IMG/VR virus record: IMGVR_UViG_3300027994_000011
Span: 1-39,370 of that record
Length of the DNA stretch: 39,370 bases
Source of the DNA: a virus
Taxonomy: Duplodnaviria > Caudoviricetes
Direction: 5' to 3' (one strand)
In this document: in pieces, positions 14,894-23,559 of the stretch
Numbering within the stretch: position 1 is the stretch's first letter
How the letters are laid out: every line of letters starts with the position of its first letter
Position numbers and translations under genes: made by a program
The notes under the pieces: model-generated
Told to the model about the DNA's origin: nothing
Seen by the model: the letters and a program-made list of their open reading frames with translations, nothing else
Database searches by the model: none

Positions 14894-15304
14894 TTATAAA
14901 TACGGAATTACAAAAGCCAATCCCAAGGCCATTCCAAATATCAATTCACCAATGATCCATCCCTCAGGCCATAGCTTCAATCCCATGCGATAATAAAACG
15001 GCATGGGCGCTGATAAGGGTATGAACCAAATATTAGCCCCTCCGGTTAATCCTGTGGCAAAGGTTAGGCAAGCACCGAGAAACATTCCACGTTGCACGGC
15101 AAGTTTCCAATCGGGTCCGGCGGGATCGTTCATTTTCGGTCGATTTGCCAATCCCCATGAGATTCCAAAGATGGGATTCACGAATGTGGCGAGGATTAAA
15201 CCGGAGAAATAGGAACCTTCAATAATGGCATACTTGCCTGTCATTCCCCCCTTAACCAGCATTGCAAAGCCGAATAGGAATATCCAGCCTGCTATTGCGA
15301 GCAT
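14894..15304 (-). CDS. multi-pass membrane protein
   Basis: Several hydrophobic helices; last gene of late operon. Confidence 0.7.
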   Translation of the reverse strand: MLAIAGWIFLFGFAMLVKGGMTGKYAIIEGSYFSGLILATFVNPIFGISWGLANRPKMNDPAGPDWKLAVQRGMFLGACLTFATGLTGGANIWFIPLSAPMPFYYRMGLKLWPEGWIIGELIFGMALGLAFVIPYL

Positions 15305-15504
15305 TGGTCACTATGCGTTTGATTGTGAGCTAGGATTTGCGTCAATGTCTCAGGCGTATCTAAACGGCTTGCGTAGATATATGAATCCCACGTACACCCG
15401 TTATCCAGAAATACGTCTTTAATCGGCGCGCAACCAGCCGCCAGCATCAAGTTCGCCAATAACAGCGGCAGGAGCCAGTGTCCTGGCTTTCTTGATATTA
15501 ACAT
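15292..15504 (-). CDS. o-spanin (Rz1-like lipoprotein)
   Basis: Signal peptide with lipobox LAAG-C; C...IYAS.LDTPET..QILAHN...C; overlaps i-spanin. Confidence 0.8.
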   Translation of the reverse strand: MLISRKPGHWLLPLLLANLMLAAGCAPIKDVFLDNGCTWDSYIYASRLDTPETLTQILAHNQTHSDQCSQ

Positions 15505-15718
15505 CTTTAGACTTTTGTGCATTACTGATGATCTGTTTTTGCGCTTCAAGCCGCTCATTCTCTTTAAGCTGCCACTCAGCGTTAACAATTGCACGTTCAT
15601 CCTTACGTATGGCTTCATTGTGCTTCTTCACCATCGTGTAGACGATCACAACAGATATCAGTGCAGTCACAGAGATAGCCGCAAGCTTCCAATATTTTAA
15701 TAAAAATGTTAGCCACAT
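15419..15718 (-). CDS. i-spanin (Rz-like)
   Basis: N-terminal TM plus coiled coil, overlapping the lipoprotein gene, downstream of endolysin. Confidence 0.75.
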   Translation of the reverse strand: MWLTFLLKYWKLAAISVTALISVVIVYTMVKKHNEAIRKDERAIVNAEWQLKENERLEAQKQIISNAQKSKDVNIKKARTLAPAAVIGELDAGGWLRAD

Positions 15719-15948
15719 TACTCGCCCTCAAGGTTAAGAAGCATTTGTTTCATCTTTTCCAGCTTCCATAAAGATTGTGCTGGATCGGCAATGTTTGACG
15801 CATAATAAGGCTCTCCGTCTTTAGTGGTGCCGCATATAACAATATCTGTTAATCCTTCAGACATGGCGGCATGAAGAACCCTAGAAACCGGAATATCTAA
15901 GCAAGTCATCCCGCCAAGTATTTCTACGTTGGTTTTGTTATCGTTCAT
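15718..15948 (-). CDS. hypothetical soluble protein in lysis cassette
   Basis: 76 aa, TAATG coupling at both ends. Confidence 0.7.
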   Translation of the reverse strand: MNDNKTNVEILGGMTCLDIPVSRVLHAAMSEGLTDIVICGTTKDGEPYYASNIADPAQSLWKLEKMKQMLLNLEGE

Positions 15949-16112
15949 TACACCAACGCTAAAAGCTTGATAACGATAAACACAACTCCGAAAACAATTA
16001 CAGCAACAGATGCAATGCGCTTGAATGGGTTTTCAGGAAGAAATTGTATCGCATACCAAAGGATACCGCAGACCAAACAGATGATTAGGACAGATACTAA
16101 TAGGGCTTCCAT
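15948..16112 (-). CDS. two-TM small membrane protein (holin candidate)
   Basis: MEALLVSVLIICLVCGILWYAIQFLPENPFKRIASVAVIVFGVVFIVIKLL. Confidence 0.65.
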   Translation of the reverse strand: MEALLVSVLIICLVCGILWYAIQFLPENPFKRIASVAVIVFGVVFIVIKLLALV

Positions 16113-16160
16113 TACGTTGACTTTCTCAGGCTGAAGTTTAATAGCGGTAGTTTCGATATC

Positions 16161-16190
16161 ATTATACGCCCTGTTGGGGAGTATTTGCAC
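16161..16190 (-). promoter_or_regulatory. Possible internal promoter in lysis cassette
   Basis: GTGCAA-18nt-TATAAT in the ~97-bp gap after the endolysin. Confidence 0.4.
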
Positions 16191-16209
16191 TCAAAAAGAT
16201 TTGGAAGGT

Positions 16210-16629
16210 TTAGGCTTTTCGGATCATAGAAATAACTCTTTTGGCACGTGCTGGGGTCTGTTTGAACCATTTGCTTTGCTCCATATTTGATCTAGCTTTA
16301 TCGTATTCTCCTGCCTTGATGAAGGCAAGCGAGTTTTTGAAGCCCAGTAGCCCGTCAATTCCCATCTGGAACGCCATATTGACCAAGCCCCTTTGAACGG
16401 TCTCGGGCTGGTCTGTAATCCACGGAATAGCCTTTTTGACCTGTTCCCATGCCTTGGCAACGTCATTCGAAAGAAGGTAGTCAGCCTCATCTTCTGTAAG
16501 TCCGCCTCCTTTTCGTTTGTCGATCAACCGTCCATAACCGATAGTCGAATAACCCAGTGAATCTTTGTATTCGTGAGGCACGAAGCCTTCATCGCCTTTT
16601 AGTTCTCGGATAAGCTGGGATGTTATCAT
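16210..16629 (-). CDS. Endolysin, T4-type (GH24) lysozyme
   Basis: DEG...YKDSLGYSTIGYG (E-x8-D-x5-T) and NMAFQMG...SKWFKQTPARA. Confidence 0.93.
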   Translation of the reverse strand: MITSQLIRELKGDEGFVPHEYKDSLGYSTIGYGRLIDKRKGGGLTEDEADYLLSNDVAKAWEQVKKAIPWITDQPETVQRGLVNMAFQMGIDGLLGFKNSLAFIKAGEYDKARSNMEQSKWFKQTPARAKRVISMIRKA

Positions 16630-17018
16630 AAAAGCACTTTCAAAAAGAGATAAACTAACGCCGCAGAGCATATGCCCCAAATGGTTAACAAACGATTAGC
16701 ATGAGTAAGAGAAAGTGACAATGTGTCAAAGAATTTCATCAGTCCCATAATACCGAATACACGGCCTATCAAGCTTATTTTGTATTGCTCGCCCCTTGTA
16801 ATGATGTCGAGGTCTTTATCTCCCAAAAGGTAAGATGTGCTTTGGAACAGTGCCCACATACATATGAATGTAATGCCCACAACAAAAGACCTTAATTGAC
16901 GCTCTTTTGGGTCGTTTTCATCGTAATCGTGGTTCTTCTGTATTAGGAAAGCGAAATATAAGCAAACAGCCGATAGTAAGATCATTGCAAAGCAAAGAGC
17001 GGAAATAAAATCGTACAT
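16626..17018 (-). CDS. four-TM membrane protein
   Basis: Four hydrophobic segments; adjacent to endolysin. Confidence 0.7.
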   Translation of the reverse strand: MYDFISALCFAMILLSAVCLYFAFLIQKNHDYDENDPKERQLRSFVVGITFICMWALFQSTSYLLGDKDLDIITRGEQYKISLIGRVFGIMGLMKFFDTLSLSLTHANRLLTIWGICSAALVYLFLKVLL

Positions 17019-17206
17019 TATTTTTTACCTCGTTTTTCGGCTAGCACGATGTAAGCGCCTATGATCTCTCCGGCAGTTGTAGCCATAACCTTATGATGTT
17101 CCTTGCGGTTTTCGGATAATGCGTTGAGACTTTTACGAAGCATAGAGTCGGCCTCGTTCTGCTTTATTTCTTTGTCAAAATGATCTTTCTTCTTCCACCA
17201 ACTCAT
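17018..17206 (-). CDS. small hypothetical protein
   Basis: Start re-set to ATG 17206 (MSWWKK, ATGA overlap). Confidence 0.6.
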   Translation of the reverse strand: MSWWKKKDHFDKEIKQNEADSMLRKSLNALSENRKEHHKVMATTAGEIIGAYIVLAEKRGKK

Positions 17207-17505
17207 TTGATTTCTCTTATCATTTGGCGGACTTCCGATATAATCTTGTCCTGTGAAGTAACTATAGCGGTAGCGAAAACTTGCGGGATCTCTTTTTGCC
17301 ATTCGTTTGATGCCTCGATATGCTTGTTGGCGATATTAGCGATATCCGCTGCTTGTTTGGTCAAGATAAGTTTATCATCCTGAAGTTTATCGTTCTTATC
17401 TTCAAGCGACTTATTCCTTGAATAAAGCACGTAAATAACCGCCCCCATAATGGCAAATACAGGTCCAAGTTTCCACAGATCTCCCCAAACAGAAGTAAGA
17501 TCCAT
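17203..17505 (-). CDS. N-terminal TM plus coiled-coil protein (holin-like candidate)
   Basis: LGPVFAIMGAVIYVLY followed by heptad-rich segment. Confidence 0.65.
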   Translation of the reverse strand: MDLTSVWGDLWKLGPVFAIMGAVIYVLYSRNKSLEDKNDKLQDDKLILTKQAADIANIANKHIEASNEWQKEIPQVFATAIVTSQDKIISEVRQMIREIK

Positions 17506-17533
17506 TATGCCAACCTATGAGAGGGAGAAAGGT

Positions 17534-17686
17534 TCATTTTCTATTTATAAAATCTATGGTTGCTGTTTGAACCTTGGAAATAACATCAAGCTTCTGAAGG
17601 ATTTTCTTCAATCCATATCCCATTAAAGCGCCAAGACTTGACCACTCCAAGAAGATCATCCACTTGATGTTAATCCAATCCCACAT
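17534..17686 (-). CDS. 50-aa hydrophobic peptide
   Basis: MWDWINIKWMIFLEWSSLGALMGYGLKKILQKLDVISKVQTATIDFINRK; TAATG coupling. Confidence 0.5.
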   Translation of the reverse strand: MWDWINIKWMIFLEWSSLGALMGYGLKKILQKLDVISKVQTATIDFINRK

Positions 17687-18489
17687 TAGGCAGCTACTTG
17701 CAGTGGTTCATCAAGAGTTTCCTGACCGCCGTTAAAGGTAAACGTTGGGGTTCCTGCTACATTAATGGTCCTTAGACGCGCGTACCAGCCAGCAGGGACA
17801 ATCCCTGACAGATTGCCTCCTCCTGCCTGATTAAGCGTCAATCCAACAACAAGTCCGCCTGACTGACCGCTTGGAATACGGGAGATAGTCTTCCAGTCTG
17901 AGGCGGTTGTCGAATTGGTCGCTGCCACCTCAAGGACTACAACTCCACTTGAATTGCCTGACAGGCTGATAGTTGTATCAATAGATACGCTATAACTTAC
18001 TTCCGCATCGCGAAAAGTAGACAGTCTGAAACCATTTGCAGCTGCGGCTGTGGTTACAAATGATCTTGTTGGAGCGTTATCAAAGGATTTGGCAGCTGGT
18101 TTGGTTGTTAGGTCATAATAACTTCCCGCTGGAACGCTACCAATAGTACCATCTCCTCTTACCACTTGAGAGCTTGTTCCCGTAGGATTTTTGAAGAACG
18201 TTTCAATCATAGAAACATCAAGGTAGTATCTTTCTCCAAGGTGATAGATGACACCTCCTGAGTTAAGTGTGGTTAGAATACCATCCGAATAGTTATTATA
18301 AAAATAGTCATAAGCCATCTGCATAAACGGGAATGTTAATGTACCCGGATTATATGTTCCGATAGTGCATGTGCCTGAAGTCCATGTAGCAAGAGCTTTT
18401 AGTGAATTCAGAGCGGGCTCTACGGTAACAGTATATTGTGTTGTACTAATAACGTTTGGGTAGACTTTAATGTCTAAAGGGATGGTCAT
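17686..18489 (-). CDS. putative virion/tail-associated beta-rich protein
   Basis: Thr/Ser/Gly-rich; follows the tail fibre gene. Confidence 0.6.
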   Translation of the reverse strand: MTIPLDIKVYPNVISTTQYTVTVEPALNSLKALATWTSGTCTIGTYNPGTLTFPFMQMAYDYFYNNYSDGILTTLNSGGVIYHLGERYYLDVSMIETFFKNPTGTSSQVVRGDGTIGSVPAGSYYDLTTKPAAKSFDNAPTRSFVTTAAAANGFRLSTFRDAEVSYSVSIDTTISLSGNSSGVVVLEVAATNSTTASDWKTISRIPSGQSGGLVVGLTLNQAGGGNLSGIVPAGWYARLRTINVAGTPTFTFNGGQETLDEPLQVAA

Positions 18490-18502
18490 AGTGATTTCCT
18501 TT

Positions 18503-21500
18503 CTATGCGGCGGCGTAAACGGTTACAGTCCAGTTGGCACTTACCAAAGCGGTCGCCCCGCCGGTAGTTGCATTTTCGTAGTATAATACACCAGATGCTG
18601 AGAATCTGCCGCTAATATTTGTAGTGTCGGCCTTAAAACCTACACCAAACGCGCCCGTCCCAGCTCCCGCATACATCATACCACTGTGAACAGGTATAAC
18701 TTGTCCCGCCGTATATCCGGCATCCGCCGTTACGCATACAAGCCATACAGACCATACTTTTGGAACTCTGCCCAATCCGTGTGCAACGGGAGTAATCGCT
18801 CCCGCTGCTGAAATGGCGATACCTGTTATTTCAATTTCTTTTGTAAGAACCGGTGAAGCGTACTGAGGTATGTTAATGACCCCTGTGCCTGTATTGAAGG
18901 TAGCGGCGCCCGAAGTTCCCGTTGTCGTAAGAGAGATGGGAATTTGATAATCAGTACCAGCTACAGCTGCCGTGAACGCGGACGTTCCATTACCCTTGAC
19001 CAGTCCGGTTAAAGTAACAGCACCCGTGCCGCCCCTAGCAACAGAAAGCGTTCCTGTCGTTCCGGCAATGATTGGCAAACCAGTGGCATTCGTAAGCGTG
19101 GCTGAGGAAGGTGTTCCAAGGGCGGGTGTTACAAGCGTTGGTGAGGTGGCGAATACGGCTGACCCTGTCCCAGTTTCATCTGTTAGAGCTCCAGAAAGTT
19201 GGGCGGAAGTGAAAGATCCAAGTGATGTGGCGTTACCAACTGAGGTAACAGCGCCAGTTAGATTTGCGTTAGTTGTAACGGTTCCAGCGGTTAACCCTGC
19301 GGCGGTGCCGGTAATATTAGTCCCCACAAGCGCCGATGGTGTACCGAGAGCCGGTGTCACCAAGGTGGGAGAATTTGCGAAAACCGCAGCGCCTGTGCCG
19401 GTTTCGTCTGTCAGATATGCGGCTAATTGAGCCGAAGTTAAGGTGCCGGTTAGGGCGTTGGCGGGTGCAGAACCAGCGGAGCCAGTCGTATTGACATTTA
19501 TGGTCGATGGCAGAGAAGCTGTAATAGTGTTGGCGGTATTTGTAATGGTAACTTGGCTTGCGGTTCCAACAATGGATTTAACTTCTTGAGCCGTTCCAGC
19601 ATTATTCATGCCAAAAACTTGGTTAGCGCTACCGTTACCTAGGGAAGCAGTAGAAGGCGTGACATGAATTGTGCCGACAGTGGCACTAGAAACACCGACA
19701 ATACCAACACGGTAGCGAAAGTTAGGGGCAAGCGGAGCGGTGGCGGTCAATCCACCAGCTACTGTTGACGAAAGATAAACTGTTTGTCCGGCGGTGAAGG
19801 CAGACGTGTCAATTCCATTTACATTACCAATACAGGTAACAAAACCTGTCGCACCATTGGCGATACTTTCTGTTGCCAGTCCACAACAAACCGTGGTGGC
19901 GCCAGCGTTAGATTGAGCGAGAGCAATAGTCGGCAGACCTCCAGACGCTCCATTTAGGTAAACCGCCGCGCCATTCGCTATTGTCGAGCCAGTATTATTA
20001 ACAACCCTGATCCAATCTTCCTGTCCAATTTGTAAGGAAACGTTTGAATCTGAATTGTAGTAGGTCAAAGAGTCGGTAGTCGAATCGGCAAAAAGTTTAT
20101 TAGCAGTATACCCCGGTGGAGTAATAGGTGTCAGACGGACCGTATTCGGCGTAATATCTCCGAGTGTCAATGTAATCGCCGGAGTAGTTGTCGCCGTTGC
20201 TACAGATCCTGAAACACCGTTTGCTGTGGTGACGGAAACCGATGTGACCGTTCCGGTTCCGGGGGCATATGCCGGAATATTTAACGTATTACCAATAAAT
20301 GTAGCCGCGCCGGATGTGCCGGTTGTCGTGAGGGTAATAGGAGCCTGATAATCAGTTCCTGCAGTGGCGTTTGAAAGCGTACCTGAGGTGGATTTTACTA
20401 ATCCGTTTGTTAGGGACGAAGCTGTGATGCTTCCGGTGGAGGCGATTCTAAGGCGTTCTGTATTATTCGTTCCTAGTACTACGTCTGCGGCATTTACTGT
20501 ACCGACAGCAAGCACTCGGTTGCTTGGCCCATTACTGAAAAGAGTGCTTAAAGTAGAGCGCACCATGCCAAATAAGCTGCTGGTATTACCTGTTCCGGGC
20601 ATATTGAATGCGATGTAATTAGAGGCTGTATCACTAATTCCAAAACGGAATTCAGCAGCATTACCTGTGCTGGTATTACGCATTTCAACGCCAGTTGAGT
20701 TATTAACTGCGTTAGAAATTAACGCAGCAGGTGTAGTAATACCAGCACTTGGAGATGAAATTAAGCCGCCAACATCAAGGGGGGCCAGAGGAGCCGCTGT
20801 TCCAAAACCTACGGGTCCCATAAACGTATTTAAATCTGTCGCACCGGCCTGATAAAATCCCCAACGGTTTGTGCCGCCGACCATATCATCGACATAAAAA
20901 CCATAACGATTTGTGAGGCCTGTAACCGCACCGCCCCTTGCCCTAAACCCGTGAAAATTAGTCATGGTGTTTGTGGCCCCGAGAACGGGGGTTTCAGCAT
21001 TATACACATGAGCGGTAACGGTATTATTCGTTCCGGAGGCGGACGATATAGCGCCTGTTAAAGCGCTCATCTCGGTTACGGAGAAGTTACTTAAGTTACC
21101 GGCGGTGTATCTATTTCTACAGCTGCCACCGTTCGCGGCAGATGTTCCGTTAGATGTGGCTCCAGATCCCCAATATACGAACGCGTTAATACCGTTCGCA
21201 AGTGCGCTTGTCGAAGCTCCGTTGCACATGGAAACAACCGTCAGTGCACGCCGAGTGACCGTGCTTGTAACGCCTACACAAAGGTTATCCGTTCCGACAA
21301 CGCCCGCACCGGTGTTAAAAAGGTTCTGTCCGACATAAGAAAGGGTTGTTAGTCCATCGTTACCGACCGAAAGGTTTCCTGCATTTCCTATTGTGCTGTC
21401 GGGAGTGTTTGTTTTGAAGCCTACGCGGTTGTTTGTAGCGTCCCTGAAAAGATTAGAGTTATCTTCTGTGAGGGTTCCAGATACGCCAGCGAAAGGTATA

Positions 21501-22564
21501 CTACCCGTTGTAAATCCGCTAATACTTCCGCCTGTTAAAGTGGTGTAGGTAGCCTGTGCGTTTGGCCCTCCAGAAGTGATAACTTGACCTGATGTTCCTT
21601 GTGAACCGTTAAGAGCAACCGCACCAACAAGGTTAATTGCTGAGTTATTTGTTCCCCCTGTCTGGGCGTTGAGGGTCATTGCATAAGAGTTTGTAACCGC
21701 CCCTGTGCCTGAAACCACTGACGTTGATGGAACGTAAAGGCCATGAAAGTTGGTAACTGTGGCGTTGTTGCCAGCAGCTCCGGTGTTAAGGGCAAACCCT
21801 GCAAGGTTTGTTATAGTACTCGCTGTTACAAAAGCATGATTAGTCCCCGTAACGACAAAATCTGTCTGAAGAGCTAACGCTCCGGCAGCGTGTGTTCTAA
21901 TACTGCTCCCGAGGTTAAAATGCGTATGAATAGCATTCGCACTTGCAGTCAATGCTGTGTCTGCAGCATTTGTGACAGAGTATCGAATTATGGAAGCTGT
22001 GTTTGTCGGGCCTATAAGGGTGAAGTTGGCTGATGTCGCATTGAAGGTTGCTCTAGTATTGCCATTGTTTCTAATAACTACGGAACCGCCAGAATCTGAA
22101 TCCAAGAAGAGGGCTGATGTTCCTTTTGCTTTGATAATACCAAACTCATTTGTTCCTGAAGATGTAACTTGTAATAATGAGCCATTACCAACATCATTAC
22201 TTTTGACATTCCATCCAGTAACTGATGAGCCAGTTGATGAATCAACTTGAAAAGCGGGATTGGTTTTTCCATTTTGTCCAACAGATAAAGCTTGTCCGTC
22301 CGATGAAGTAATGGTGAACTCTTTCATGGAATTGTCCCATGTCAGGCCAGCATCTCCTGAAAGAACTCCGCCCGTACCGGGGAATACAATTTGACCGGGA
22401 GTTAGCCCGGTAACCGTCAAGCTGGAAACGCTTGACATATACGCCTTAATTAAGGCTGCTGTAATCGATTTATCGACCGTATCAGCACCCTGACGCGTGA
22501 TGAATAAATCACTATCCGCAACAGAACCGCCAGAAGCTAAAAGTCGTATCGTGGTATCTGGCAT
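18503..22564 (-). CDS. Long tail fibre/adhesin (1353 aa)
   Basis: G/T/A/S-rich; VGFGTAAP, LGTNNTERLRI and GTLSVARGGTG fibre motifs; internal repeats. Confidence 0.85.
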   Translation of the reverse strand: MPDTTIRLLASGGSVADSDLFITRQGADTVDKSITAALIKAYMSSVSSLTVTGLTPGQIVFPGTGGVLSGDAGLTWDNSMKEFTITSSDGQALSVGQNGKTNPAFQVDSSTGSSVTGWNVKSNDVGNGSLLQVTSSGTNEFGIIKAKGTSALFLDSDSGGSVVIRNNGNTRATFNATSANFTLIGPTNTASIIRYSVTNAADTALTASANAIHTHFNLGSSIRTHAAGALALQTDFVVTGTNHAFVTASTITNLAGFALNTGAAGNNATVTNFHGLYVPSTSVVSGTGAVTNSYAMTLNAQTGGTNNSAINLVGAVALNGSQGTSGQVITSGGPNAQATYTTLTGGSISGFTTGSIPFAGVSGTLTEDNSNLFRDATNNRVGFKTNTPDSTIGNAGNLSVGNDGLTTLSYVGQNLFNTGAGVVGTDNLCVGVTSTVTRRALTVVSMCNGASTSALANGINAFVYWGSGATSNGTSAANGGSCRNRYTAGNLSNFSVTEMSALTGAISSASGTNNTVTAHVYNAETPVLGATNTMTNFHGFRARGGAVTGLTNRYGFYVDDMVGGTNRWGFYQAGATDLNTFMGPVGFGTAAPLAPLDVGGLISSPSAGITTPAALISNAVNNSTGVEMRNTSTGNAAEFRFGISDTASNYIAFNMPGTGNTSSLFGMVRSTLSTLFSNGPSNRVLAVGTVNAADVVLGTNNTERLRIASTGSITASSLTNGLVKSTSGTLSNATAGTDYQAPITLTTTGTSGAATFIGNTLNIPAYAPGTGTVTSVSVTTANGVSGSVATATTTPAITLTLGDITPNTVRLTPITPPGYTANKLFADSTTDSLTYYNSDSNVSLQIGQEDWIRVVNNTGSTIANGAAVYLNGASGGLPTIALAQSNAGATTVCCGLATESIANGATGFVTCIGNVNGIDTSAFTAGQTVYLSSTVAGGLTATAPLAPNFRYRVGIVGVSSATVGTIHVTPSTASLGNGSANQVFGMNNAGTAQEVKSIVGTASQVTITNTANTITASLPSTINVNTTGSAGSAPANALTGTLTSAQLAAYLTDETGTGAAVFANSPTLVTPALGTPSALVGTNITGTAAGLTAGTVTTNANLTGAVTSVGNATSLGSFTSAQLSGALTDETGTGSAVFATSPTLVTPALGTPSSATLTNATGLPIIAGTTGTLSVARGGTGAVTLTGLVKGNGTSAFTAAVAGTDYQIPISLTTTGTSGAATFNTGTGVINIPQYASPVLTKEIEITGIAISAAGAITPVAHGLGRVPKVWSVWLVCVTADAGYTAGQVIPVHSGMMYAGAGTGAFGVGFKADTTNISGRFSASGVLYYENATTGGATALVSANWTVTVYAAA

Positions 22565-22713
22565 TAATCAGCAGTCACATATTTAAGGGTTATGGCATCG
22601 TCAAAATAATAGGCGAAAGTCTTGGCATCGTCATTGTAGTATTGCTGCGCTACCGGGTTGAAGTTAGAGGCAAGCCCGTAAGGATGGCACCTCCTCCTTC
22701 TGAATACAGGCAT
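22564..22713 (-). CDS. 49-aa hypothetical protein
   Basis: MPVFRRRRCHPYGLASNFNPVAQQYYNDDAKTFAYYFDDAITLKYVTAD fills the gap exactly; TAATG coupling. Confidence 0.55.
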   Translation of the reverse strand: MPVFRRRRCHPYGLASNFNPVAQQYYNDDAKTFAYYFDDAITLKYVTAD

Positions 22714-23166
22714 CTAGGCAAACTTTTTAAGCAAATTATTAGTTTCAAGAGTGATTCTATCCAGTTTGGCTTGTCTCTCTTCAATTACTTTATCCATTGA
22801 ATCGAGAACCTTTTGCTTATCGGCAATCTGGGCAATCTTTTTGTCATACTCTTTAGAATCCCGTTTGGCTTCTTCAATAATCTGAACCGATTTTTTATTG
22901 GCATCAAAAACGATTTTTTCAGCATCGTCTTTCGCTTTTGCTTTAATCGTATCGGCCTGTGCTAAAGCAGCGACAACAGCGGATTTAGCTTCATCGGCAG
23001 ATTTTTTCGCTTTATCTTCTTCCTTCTTGATCTCTTCTAGTCTTTTTTCAGATTCTCGAATAAGCTGACCTCTGCTTTCAAGGTTAGTCAGTTCATCAAG
23101 TGCCGAATTTACATCCTTCAAGTGATTTCTTTGCTTTTCAAGCTCTTTTCTCAGGTTTGCAAACAT
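22714..23166 (-). CDS. coiled-coil protein
   Basis: Start re-set to ATG 23166; K/E/A heptads. Confidence 0.75.
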   Translation of the reverse strand: MFANLRKELEKQRNHLKDVNSALDELTNLESRGQLIRESEKRLEEIKKEEDKAKKSADEAKSAVVAALAQADTIKAKAKDDAEKIVFDANKKSVQIIEEAKRDSKEYDKKIAQIADKQKVLDSMDKVIEERQAKLDRITLETNNLLKKFA

Positions 23167-23549
23167 TAGATCATTCCCTTCGCTGCGATAGTAACTGTAA
23201 TGGCTGTAGTTCCGTCCCCTGCCGTAACCTTTGGACAAATCAAAAGCGGGTTCTCAAGGATCTGCTCAATGGCCAAGGCCGTCTTTGTAATCGCGTTGGC
23301 TTGTGGATCTGTGAGAACAACCCAATTGCCTGAAACGCCCGGTTCTGTATTTAGGTCATTAGGATCATTAGAGCCGTAAATCGTAACTGATCCGCCTAGG
23401 CCGAACGTTCCAAAGATATGAACAGATTTATCTGAAAACATGGTGCTTTCATAAGGCTTCCCGGCATTACCATTGGTAAGCCCCGCCCATTGAAAGACAA
23501 CCATTCTTTTGTCTACGCGTAAGTTTGTTGGTGATGCCGTGACTGCCAT
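23166..23549 (-). CDS. putative virion beta-sandwich protein
   Basis: SVHIFGTFG.GGSVTIYGSND...W..L.D motif; RBS GGAG. Confidence 0.7.
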   Translation of the reverse strand: MAVTASPTNLRVDKRMVVFQWAGLTNGNAGKPYESTMFSDKSVHIFGTFGLGGSVTIYGSNDPNDLNTEPGVSGNWVVLTDPQANAITKTALAIEQILENPLLICPKVTAGDGTTAITVTIAAKGMI

Positions 23550-23559
23550 TTAATTTCTC

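Noticed and set aside
17686-18520. C-terminal VAA/AAA ends as ClpXP degrons on two late proteins
   Set aside because: Ala-rich proteins end this way by chance; no further support
18503-22564. Diversity-generating retroelement target or invertible tail-fibre cassette
   Set aside because: No reverse transcriptase or invertase; repeats differ at synonymous sites, not specifically at adenines
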